A stretch of 64,000 nucleotides of DNA from positions 4,030,001 to 4,094,000 of the forward strand of contig JBHGNT010000018.1 of the NCBI GenBank assembly GCA_043228905.1. Reading direction: 5' to 3'. This DNA comes from Azolla caroliniana. Lineage: Eukaryota; Plantae; Polypodiophyta. Below are positions 1-10,726 of this stretch, piece after piece. The first letter of the stretch is position 1; the number at the start of each line of letters is the position of its first letter. The notes beneath the pieces were generated by a model. That model was given only the letters and a program-made list of their open reading frames with translations, searched no databases and had not been told where the DNA came from. A program made the translations under genes and the position numbers.

Positions 1-972
1 CGACTGAGGAAAGATGAAGCGGACCGCGCTTAGAGACGGGTCCGGGAAGTAACCGGGTGGAGCGACCCGGTCGAGGAGAAGACGGGCTTCGTAGAAGCCG
101 CCTGCCGGAACTACGAGGCTCTGGTAGAAGACAAACGAGCGGGGAAAGCCGGAGCGGCCGGGCCCTCACAACGGTACGAGACCCGATTCGGGCAACGACG
201 GAACAAAGCCGGTGGGTCCAGCGCGCAAGATAACCCCAGGAAGGGCGGATACCGACTGGGGACGGAAATAGAAAGGACCACGGACCTTCGAAAGGTCCTA
301 GAAGAACGGATCCTCGACAGCAAAGTGGAGTTGTCATTGCGGGAGGTGCTAGGGATCGCCAAGAAGGAGTTCCACGACTCCATTGTAGATTTGGTGAAAC
401 GGAAGAGGTTGTCAACGGAGACGGAACCGGAAAGACCGGTGGAGGTGCGGACGACGCACATCGACGACTTGGCGCTGGAAGATGAGTGGGCGGAGAGCCA
501 CTATTCGAGGCCACACTGGGCCCGAGCGACCACGGAGACCCCGGTAAAGATCGGAGATGTTCAGGAACCGGTGGTGGCACTGGTGGACCACGGTTCGGAA
601 ATAAACCTGATGTCCATGGACTTCTACAAGAAGGGAAAGTGGCCGATCAACACCAAGCACGGGTGGAAGATACGGGCGGCGACGCGCGCCACCGAGGAAC
701 TGCACGGGGCCTGCCCGAACGTGCGAGTCAAGATCGGCGACGTCGAGATTGACCAGCACTTCTTCGTACAGGAGATGTCCTCGCACCCGGTCATATTAGG
801 GGAACCATACATCACGGCGGCGCGGATGGAGACCAAGGTGCTGGACAACGGTTCGGCCTACGCGAGGGTCAAAAGCCAGGACGGGCGCCATTCGGTCCAT
901 TTTCTGACGGTGCGGCCGAACCACGAGCAAAACCGCGAATCCCTCGGTGGCGAGAACCGAGAGGATTTTTAG
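1..972 (+). pseudogene. Gypsy A gag C-terminus plus aspartic protease (ORF1, 5' truncated by window and degenerate)
   Basis: ORF 325-972 contains the VALVDHGSEINLM protease motif, ends GAG GAT TTT TAG, and aligns by eye with 54340-54991 of Gypsy D. Confidence 0.9.
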
Positions 973-3900
973 AGAGGGTTGCCAAGGCGTGGGGCCAAGA
1001 CAGTCCGGACACTCGGGAAAGACCCCACAGTTGTATGATAGGTAAAATTTTTTGCTTCTCCAACAACGGAGGGTGTATGATAGTCGGCATCGTTGGCCGA
1101 GAAAAGGCAAGGGCGGAGGAGCGACTTCGAGCGTGCGGAGTTCTCGGCCCGGACGAGGAAATCAGCGGAGCCGTGGAGGCGGTCTCCTTCGACGACACCT
1201 TGGGGATGCTGAGGAAGGTAGCCGGAGAAGACCTTAACGAAGACCGGACGATACCGGTATGTTCCGAAGAGATGTACGAAGTCATCGCGAACTTCAGTCG
1301 GGGGCTCGGGTCGGATCGGATGGCCCGAGTTAGCACGAAGTACAAGACTGTGGACCGGAAGGTAAGGCCAGTCGCGGCACCCTTACCGGAGGGCAGCGAG
1401 TCCCGAATCAGAGGGGTTGCGTCGGACCCCAGCTTACGAGATCCGGTCTGCATAGGACACACCTTCACCGACGGGACACTCCGGGAGCTCAAAATCGGTG
1501 GGGGCGGGTTCTTACTACCGGTGGAGGAAGACCGGTTTCGGAGAATGCTCAAAAGGCACGGGAAAGCCTTCGCATTCTCACCGGAAGAGATCGGGTGCGT
1601 AGACCCGACAATCGTGGACCCGATGGTGATATTCACGGTACCGCATGTGCCGTGGAATCTCAAGCCGATTCCAGTACCGAGAGCTCACATCCCGAAGTTG
1701 ATGGAGCTATTGAGGCAGAAAGTTGATATGGGCATTCTCGAACCGTCGAGTGCCCCGTACTCGAACCGATGGTTTACCGTACCAAAGAAAAACGGAACAT
1801 TGCGCTTCATTCAAGACCTGCAGCCGGTCAACAGAGTGACCATTCGGAACGCAGGAATCGAACCGACCATAGATGAGTTCACGGAGGCCTTCGCCGGAAG
1901 GTCGATTTACTCGGTCGGTGATTTGTACTCGGGGTACAACCAGTTCCAGCTAGCCGTGGAGAGCAGAGACATTACGACGATGCGAACTCCCCTCGGCCTA
2001 GTGCGAATGTGTACCCTACCACAAGGAGGGACCAACTCGGTGGCCCACATGGTGAATGCAATGAACAAGGTACTGAGGGATTGCATCCCGGACCTCACCA
2101 TGCCATTTCTAGACGACATCCCGATCAAAGGGTGCCCGGTGGAAGAGAAGGACGAGACACTCGGGCCGGACGGATGCCGGCGATTCGTGGCAACACACAT
2201 CGACGACTGCGAGAAGGTGCTACAAAGGCTAGAGGATGCGAGGCTCACCTTCTCCGGGGAGAAATCGGCCTTCGGGCAATCAGAAACCCTGGTGGTTGGA
2301 CACCTATGTGGACCATATGGCCGGAAGCCATCTCCGGCAAAGGTAGAAGCCATCTCCGCGATGAAGACCGACTGTAGCTCGGTTACGGAAGTTCGGAGGT
2401 TCCTGGGGGCATGCGCATTCTACCACATATGGATCCCGCATTACGCCCACGTTGCGGAGCCGCTATACGGGTTGCTGAAGAAGGGGCAAAATTTCGAGTG
2501 GCGAGACGAGCACACGGAGTCGGTCCGGAAGCTGAAGGAAGCTCTTACGGCAGCACCGGCGCTCCGGAAGGCTGTCTACGAGAAGGGTACCCCGGTATAC
2601 ATAACGGTGGATACGAGTCCGACTGGGATCGGATGGGTCGTCAACCAAGAAGACGAGGACAGCATTCGGTTCCCGATCCGATTCGGCGCGAAGGTCCTCA
2701 GTGAGCGACAGTGAGGGTACGCCCAGGTTAAACGCGAACTCTGGGCTATCGTTTCGGCAGTAAAGGCCGACAAAGACTACCTAATCGGGACAGAAGTGAT
2801 TATCGAGACGGATTGCCTGCCAATTCTCGGCATGGTTTCCGGATGCACGACACCGGACCTGGCGATGCTCAGGTGGATAGTGTACATCAAGTCCCTGGAC
2901 CCGGAAATACGACACATTTCCGGAAAGGACAACGCCATGGCCGACATGCTTTCAAGGGCGAGGTTTGATGACGAGGGCGGCATGGTTTCGGAGGACGAAG
3001 AAGTCGGCGTGGACTTCTTCGAGGCAGCGTACGTGACAACCAATGGGACGAGCACTCCGGCGCTTAATGGCTTCGACGAGAGCAAGTATGATGGCGAGTG
3101 GCTACAGATCGGTGGTTTCTTGAGGACAATGACGCCAGATGCGTCATGGACGAGGGACGAGACCAACCGGATCCGGAAGAAAGCATACCGATTCTTTCTC
3201 CGGGACGGATACTTATGGAAGCACCCGAAGAAGAGGGACGGCGTCCCGCTCCGGGTGGTGGCGATGAAGGAAGAACAGGAGGAGCTGCTGACGGCCTACC
3301 ACGACAGCCCTTGGGCTGGACACCGTGGAACGTGGGCCACGTTCGAGAAGATAAAGGGGAAATACTGGTGGTCGGGGCTGTACCGGGACGTGCATCGGTT
3401 CGTGACAACTTGCGAGAGCTGTCAGATGCACTCCATAGTCCGTCATCGGGACGAGCTTCACCCTACGTACCCTCCGACCATCCACTTCAAATGGATGGTA
3501 GATCTGGTGACGATGTCGATGGGAGTAGGACAGATGCGGTATCTGGTCTTGGCTCGGGAAGATCTGACGAACCAGGTGGAAGGCCGAGCCCTTCAGAACA
3601 AAACGACCGTGGTCGTATGTCGGTTCCTGATCGAGGACGTGATATGCCGGTACGGGTGCGTCGGGAAGATCGTGGCTGATCGCGGGGAGTTGGACGCCGA
3701 AGAGGTTGAGGAGTTGTTCAACCGGCTAGGAGTCAAGCTCTCGCTTACCACTGCGTACAATCCGGAGGCGAATGGGAAGGTGGAGCGCGGACATGGACCG
3801 ATCGTCAAGGAGTTAGTCCGGGCATGCGGAGGTCAAGTCGGGAACTGGCCGCGGCTGCTGCCTTACGCGTTGTGGGCGGACCAAACTACGCACAGTTCGG

Positions 3901-4436
3901 TAACCGGATTCATGCCGGCAGAGCCCATGTTTGGGCAGAAGCCGATCATGCCGATGGAACGTACGATCTCCTCATGGGCAACCGTGGACTGGAGAGACGA
4001 GATGAGCCGGGAGGAACTGTTGGCGGCGCGCATACGACAGCTCGAGCGAAGGCCGGAGGACATGGAGCAGGCTGCGGGAAAGCTTCGGGTGGCAAGGACG
4101 AGGAACAAAGCCCGGTTCGACCGAACGCACCGGCTCCGACCGAAGAAGATCGAGGAAGGCGACTGGGTGCTAATCTACGACAACAGCCTCGACAACCAGC
4201 ACCGAGCGACACGGAAGTTCGCAAGAAGGTGGTTCGGGCCTTACGTGGTACAAAGCGCCAACGACAACGAGACGTACCATCTGGCGGAACTCGACGGCAC
4301 GAGAATGGCAGTACCGGTAGCTGGGAAGCGGATCAAAACGTTCAAGAAGCGTCACGACAACGAGCCGGATCCGGTTAACCTGGACCGCGACGACGAACGA
4401 TCCGAAACCGAGGAAGAACCGACGGGCGGGGAATGA
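963..4436 (+). pseudogene. Gypsy A pol (RT-RNase H-integrase) in the -1 frame, one premature stop at 2712-2714
   Basis: ORFs 1035-2714 and 2796-4436 are in the same frame and join across ERQ*GYAQVKRELW (likely CGA>TGA). The frame is open back to 963. Confidence 0.92.
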
Positions 4437-4507
4437 AGGCTGGACCGGTTTTCTTCGTCCCAACTCAATTTGGCGCATGCCGGTGGATGCGCGGTTAGGT
4501 GGGGGCG

Positions 4508-5232
4508 TGTTGAAAAAACAGTGCTCGGCCACAACCGAGGAACTGGATCGATCAACTCACAGAAAACGGGAAATACAAGAATGCACGAAAACAATAGAAA
4601 GAAAGGTACGCAGGATGTTTTACGTGGAAAACCCTAACTGGGAAAAAACCACGGGAGTCCTCAAACTCCAACTATCACTATGAACAGAGATGTACAATGG
4701 TGAAGCTTCAAGGCAACAACCTTGAACTCACTGTCTTCGCCACAGGCGGCGGTAATACATAGAGGCAACGACCTCTTTGTCTCTCTCTCTCTCTCGCGGC
4801 TGCTCTCTTCACTCTCTCTAAGTGAGAAACAGAAAAATGAGCAACAACATAAACTGTTTGCCCTAAGTCATATTTATACACATATGACTTTCGGGCTATT
4901 TACAAAATATAGCCTCAATGGCTCTTAGCAAACATATTCACAAATATGTCCCTGCATCCGGATCTCTCTCCGGGTACATTCATCATCCGGCTCCGTAGCC
5001 GGGGTCTTCAGCATCCAGCTCCGTAGCCGGGGTCTTCATCATCCGGATCCGTATCCGGGTACTCTTCATCCGGCTTCATGCCGGGTAGTCTTCATCATCC
5101 GGATCCGCATCCGGGTACACTTCATCCGGCTTCATGCCGGGTACTCTTCATCATCCGGTTCCGTAACCGCAACCGGGCTTGCCGTCATTTATCTCCGGGG
5201 ACATCCCATCCGGAGGGACCGAAATCCCAACA
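4508..5232 (-). repeat. Copia B 3' LTR
   Basis: Direct repeat of 9351-10075, adjacent to the PPT at 5233-5247. U3 contains many tandem CATCCGG-type subrepeats (about 4950-5180). Confidence 0.95.
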
Positions 5233-5242
5233 AACTCCCCCT

Positions 5243-8200
5243 TCACTTCGGCATGGGATGTCTCTCTAATCCGATCCTCTTCCGGCATGCTTCCAGCTTG
5301 TCGGGTGTGAGCACCTTGGTCAGCATATCCGACCCGTTCTCGTCCGTGTGGATCTTCATCAGCACGAACTCCTTGTCTTCTATCCTTTCCCGGATCCAGT
5401 GATATCTTCGCTGGATGTGCTTCGTCCGGGAGTGATAGGCCGCGTTCTTCGCAAGGTGGATTGCACTCTGACTGTCGCAGTAGAGTCTGTACTCCTCCTG
5501 CCGGATACCGAGCTCTCTAATGAAGTCCTTCATCCATATTATTTCCTTGCCGGCTTCAACAGCCGCCATGTACTCCGCCTCCGTGGTTGACAACGCAACC
5601 GTCTTCTGCAGCCTCGACTGCCACGAAACGGCTCCCCCTGCATACGTCATCACATACCCTGATGTGGACCGGCTGGTATCTGCATCAGCCGACATATCCG
5701 AATCGGTGAAGCCGTCGAGTTCGGGCTTACCGGAGCCGAATCGGAGGCACACGTTTGCCGTGCCCTTCAGGTATCGGAGTATCCACTTGACCGCGTTCCA
5801 ATGCTCTTTGCCGGGATTGCTCATGTACCGGCTCACCACTCCGACTGCGTATCCAATGTCTGGTCTTGTACACACCATTGCGTACATCAAGCTTCCGACA
5901 GCAGAGGCATATGGTACTTTCATCATGTCCTCTTTCTCAGCCTTTGTCCTGGGGCTTTGCTTGCTGGACAGCTTGCAGTTCGCCGGGAGGGTTGATCCGA
6001 CCGGTCTTGCTTCCGACATGTTGAACCGTTGAAGCACCTTTGTCACGTACTTCTCCTGTGACAGCCACAACTGCTTCTTGCTCCGGTCCCGGATGATGTG
6101 CATCCCTAGTATTTGTCTCGCCGGACCCAAGTCCTTCATTGAGAAGGTTCGGTGAAGAGCCTTCTTCAGCATCCGTATCTTGACCTGGTCCCGTCCGACG
6201 ATCAACATGTCGTCCACGTACAGGAGGAGTATTAGAGAGTCTCCTCCTTCGAACTTCTTCACAAACACGCAGTGATCAGACTGCGTTTTGTGGTACCCTT
6301 CGTCGGTCATGAAGGAGTCGAACTTCCGGTACCATTGCCGGGGAGCCTGCTTCAGTCCGTAAAGGCTCTTCTGCAACCGGCATACCAGGTGCTCCTTCCC
6401 TTTCTTCTCGAATCCTTCCGGTTGCTGCATGTAGATCTCTTCTTCGAGGTCACCGTGAAGGAATGCCGTCTTCACGTCCATCTGTTCTACCTCGAGGTCC
6501 ATGCTTGCCGCTATGCTCAGCACCGTCCGGATGGAGGTCATCTTCACTACCGGGGCAAATATCTCGTCGAAGTCGACGCCCTTTTTCTGCTGAAACCCCT
6601 TCACCACGATCCTGGCTTTGTATCTCGGGGGGTTTCCGGCATCTCCCGGTTTCAGCTTGAACACCCACTTGTTACGGAGTGCCCGTTTTCCTTTCGGCAA
6701 CTCCACAAGTTCATATGTGTGGTTCTCATGCAGGGAATCCATCTCGTCCTGCATGGCACTCAACCACCTGCTTCTCTGGGTGTCATGCTTTGCTTCTTCA
6801 AAGCTCTCCGGCTCCCCCTCGTCGGTTAGCAGCACGTGCTCTGGTTCCGGAAATCTCCGGGGGGCCCTTCTCTCTCTTAGAGGATATCTCCGTTCCGGAG
6901 CTTCGGTAACCGGTTCTTCCGATTCTTCTTCTTCATCCGAATCCATTTCGGGATCGGGGCCGGTTCCGGTATCATTTTCATCTTCTTCGGCCGGTTCTGT
7001 TTCTTCACCGTCTTCGGCCGGATCCTCGAGTGCTAACCGGTCCCTTGCCGGTCGGGACTGCTCCTCGTAGAGTTTATCCTCACCGGTCGACTTGGAGCTC
7101 TTCATCTTCTTCTCCGACTCCCAGTCGGCGAGCGTCTTGTCCTCCATGAAGATGATATCTCGACTCCTGAATATCTTCTTGTCGACCGGGTCCCATACTC
7201 GGTAGCCGAACTCGTCGTCACCGTAACCGAGGAATATGCATGGCCGGGTCTTTGGATCTAGCTTTCCTCTCCGGTCCTTTGCCACATGCACGTATGCGAG
7301 ACACCCGAACACCTTCAGATGCCGGTAGGATACTTCCCTACTGGTCCACACTCTCTGCGGCGTGTCTCCGTCCAAAGGTACTGAGGGTGATCTGTTTATC
7401 ACGTATGTCGCCGTCGACATCGCCTCAGCCCAAAACCCCTTGGGTAATTTCGCATGCGCCAGCATACTCCGGACCCTCTCCATTATGGTCCGGTTCATCC
7501 TCTCGGCCAGCCCGTTCAGTTCCGGCGTCTTCGGCACAGTAAACTCGAGCCGGATTCCCTTCGAGCGACAGTACTCCTGGAACTGCCCCCGGTATTCCCC
7601 TCCGTTATCCGCTCGTATCGCTTTCAGCTTCTTGCCGGATTCCCTTTCCACTCTCGCGTGGAGTTCTTTGAAGACGGACAACACTTGGTCCTTTGTCTTC
7701 AACGGTGCCGTCCACAGCTTCCGGCTGTGGTCATCAATGAATGTCACGAAGTACTGGGCTCCGCCATGTGACTTCGTTTCTACCTGACACACATCAGTGT
7801 GCACCAGCTCCAATGGTGCGCTACGTCTCGTCGGTGGCCTTGAGTGGAAGGAGGTCCGGTTTTGCTTACCGGCCAGGCAGTCGGTGCACTTCTCCAGGTG
7901 CACATGCTTCACTGGAATAAGGTTGTCTTCTGCAAGCCTCTTCATCCCCTTCTCACTCATGTGGCACAGTCTCTTGTGCCACAGCTCACCGGCAGTGTCG
8001 GCTGCCACGTTCAGCTCCTCCGGACAGAGCCGGGAATTCATCAGGTACAGGGTGTTGACCTTCCGGGCCCGAGCCACTATCAGGCTCCCTTTGCTGAACT
8101 TCATGACACCGTTCCGGATGCTACCCGTGTAGCCTTCATCGTCTAGCCTCCCGGCCAAAATCAGGTTCAATCGAACCTCCGGAACGTGTCGAACATCCTT

Positions 8201-9319
8201 CAGCAGCATTTATCATCCGGTCGGGGTTGTCAACCACACGTCTCCTATGCCGGCAATCCGGCACGTACCTTCATTCCCCATCCGAACACAGCCATGCTCA
8301 CCGGCTGTGTAGGATGAGAAGTATCTTCTCTCCGGGGTCAGGTGGAACGATGCTCCGGAATCGACCACCCAGGTCGTCTCATCGCCGGCAACGTTTAGTT
8401 CACCTTCTTCGGTGATGAGCATGATTTCTTCCTCACTTGCCGCGAGTGCCGTTGTTCCTTTCCGGTCCTGCCCTCGCCGATCCGAACCTCTCCGGTCCGT
8501 GGCTCCCCGGTATGCACCGTTTCTCTCCGGTGACTTCTTCGAATCGGTGTCGTCGGCTCCGTTGTCTTTTCGGTAATGCCGACAATTCTTTCGGAAGTGC
8601 CCCGGTTTCCCACAGTGGAAGCATGTGGGCCTTCCTCTTGACTGCGACCGGGTCCCCGACTTCTCCCGTCTTTGCGGACTCCGGTTCCATTGTCTTCCCC
8701 GTTCCGATTCGGTGAGCAGCGCCTTCGAGTCGGGGGCCGGTTCTTTATCTCTCCGACGCGCTTCTTCGTTCAAAATACTTGTCTTTACCGTTTGTAGGGA
8801 CAAGTTGTCTTCGGTGCAGGAGGTGCTGAGAGTCACCACCAAGTTCTCCCAGCTTTCCGGCAATGTACACATCAGAATGATGGCTTGCATTGCATCCTCC
8901 AACGGGAACTTGATCGCCGCAAGCTGGTTCACAAATCCCATGAACGTGCTCACGTGTTCCACCATATTCTCGCCGTCCCGGTACTTGAGGTTCACTATCT
9001 TCCTCATCAGGGAGGTCCGGTTCAACGCATTCTTCCTCTCATAGAGGCCCGACAGCTTCTTCCACATCTCATAGGCGTTCGTATCGTTCGCCACATGTTG
9101 CAGGACACTTACATCGACATATTGCCGGATCGTCGCTACGGCTTTCCGGTTCAGGAGCTTCCACTCCGACTCTATTACCCCCTTGGGTATCTCGGCATTG
9201 TCGATCGGTTCGTACAGGTCTCGGACGATGAGAAGGTCTTCCATCTTTATCTTCCAGTCGGCGTAGTTCTGTGAGTTCAACACCATCATGCCCGGAGGCC
9301 CACTACCGCCGCCTTCCAT
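5243..9319 (-). pseudogene. Copia B gag-pol polyprotein, interrupted by TGA-TAA at 8215-8210 inside the protease
   Basis: ORFs 8213-9319 (CCHC knuckle CFHCGKPGHFRKNC; WVVDSGAS) and 5243-8209 (WHKRLCH, DNGGEY, YVDD, SWQSRLQ) are in the same frame. Confidence 0.93.
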
Positions 9320-9335
9320 TTTCTGTGTTAACCTC

Positions 9336-9347
9336 GCTCTGATACCA
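9336..9347 (-). promoter_or_regulatory. Primer-binding site, tRNA-iMet
   Basis: TGGTATCAGAGC, 3 nt inside the 5' LTR. Confidence 0.9.
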
Positions 9348-9350
9348 CTT

Positions 9351-10075
9351 TGTTGAAAAAACAGTGCTCGGCCACAACCGAGGAACTGGATCGATCAACT
9401 CACAGAAAACGGGAAATACAAGAATGCACGAAAACAATAGAAAGAAAGGTACGCAGGATGTTTTACGTGGAAAACCCTAACTGGGAAAAAACCACGGGAG
9501 TCCTCAAACTCCAACTATCACTATGAACAGAGATGTACAATGGTGAAGCTTCAAGGCAACAACCTTGAACTCACTGTCTTCGCCATAGGCGGCGGTAATA
9601 CATAGAGGCAACGACCTCTTCGTCTCTCTCTCTCTCTCGCGGCTGCTCTCTTCACTCTCTCTAAGTGAGAAACAGAAAAATGAGCAACAACATAAACTGT
9701 TTGCCCTAAGTCATATTTATACACATATGACTTTCGGGCTATTTACAAAATATAGCCTCAATGGCTCTTAGCAAACATATTCACAAATATGTCCCTGCAT
9801 CCGGATCTCTCTCCGGGTACATTCATCATCCGGCTCCGTAGCCGGGGTCTTCAGCATCCAGCTCCGTAGCCGGGGTCTTCATCATCCGGATCCGTATCCG
9901 GGTACTCTTCATCCGGCTTCATGCCGGGTAGTCTTCATCATCCGGATCCGCATCCGGGTACACTTCATCCGGCTTCATGCCGGGTACTCTTCATCATCCG
10001 GTTCCGTAACCGCAACCGGGCTTGCCGTCATTTATCTACGGGGACATCCCATCCGGAGGGACCGAAATCCCAACA
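9351..10075 (-). repeat. Copia B 5' LTR
   Basis: Direct repeat of 4508-5232. Confidence 0.95.
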
Positions 10076-10082
10076 GGGCGGA

Positions 10083-10726
10083 TGTCGTGAAGAAAACCGT
10101 CCACAAGCGGAATCGATGCACCGGAGCGTATGAACCGGCTCTTCATGCACGTACGCCTTATGTTGTACATAAGAGAGAATTAGGTACATAGAAGATCCGA
10201 GGTAGGTAGATTCGGTAGGTAGGAAGTTAATGGGAAACGGCTCCTTTCTCGCCTTAAAAAGGAGGGAGACGAGGAGGGGAAAAAGGGGGGATCGCGGTTA
10301 GAGAGGACGAAGTGCTGTCGGGTTGTCGGCCGAAGGCTTCTCTCTCTTGCATACTCAATAGCTTCTTTCTGCGCAGGTTTTCAGGAGGCTCGCGTTGCTC
10401 TGAGGAATGCCCGAGTGCTTCCGGCAACACCTCCAACCTACTCCTTTCCTTCGGAGCGTTTACGAGTAGGCATCGGCATCTGTTCGCCGGCCTGTTCGGT
10501 TGTAACCGACTTCGTGCTTCTTGTTGTTTGTCTTTGTTAACATATACATACATACATTCGTGTCTCTCTGTGTCGCTGTCCCACTCGCGTCTTTGTGTCG
10601 AAGGGCCATGTCCCTGTGAATCTACGCTCGCACGTAGTGGGTCTCTTCTCCTTTCTCTCTTGCTCTTCGGTACAGGACCCCCGAGGTCCCGCCTCATTCC
10701 ACGCATCCGCGAGGAATACCTCGACA
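10083..10726 (+). repeat. Gypsy A 3' LTR (644 bp)
   Basis: Begins TGTCGTG right after the reconstituted PPT and ends CTCGACA. Same terminal TGTCG/CGACA as the Gypsy D LTRs. Copia integrase sequence resumes immediately after it. Confidence 0.85.

Larger units (their letters stand above)
4508..10075 (-). mobile_element. Ty1/Copia LTR retrotransposon B, full length and young
   Basis: 725-bp LTRs at 4508-5232 and 9351-10075 (TGTTG...CAACA) with about 3 substitutions by eye. 5-bp TSD GGGCG at 4503-4507 and 10076-10080. PBS TGGTATCAGAGC (iMet). PPT AGTGAAGGGGGAG. gag-PR-INT-RT-RH order. Confidence 0.97.
1..10726 (+). mobile_element. Ty3/Gypsy LTR retrotransposon A (no chromodomain, FLDD-type RT); 5' part outside window; interrupted by Copia B at 4508-10075
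   Basis: Order is protease (LVDHGSEIN), RT (FLDD), RNase H, integrase (HHCC, D..D..E), i.e. Gypsy. PPT GGTGGGGGCG|GA is split by the Copia insertion. 3' LTR TGTCG...CGACA at 10083-10726. Confidence 0.95.

Noticed and set aside
111-4594. Many overlapping antisense or alternate-frame ORFs in the retroelements (also 5.3-9.3 kb and 53-58.7 kb)
   Set aside because: Expected shadows of GC-rich coding sequence with no independent motifs.
4950-5180. Short CATCCGG repeats resembling a CRISPR or iteron array
   Set aside because: Irregular subrepeats inside the Copia LTR U3, duplicated in both LTRs, with no unique spacers or cas genes.
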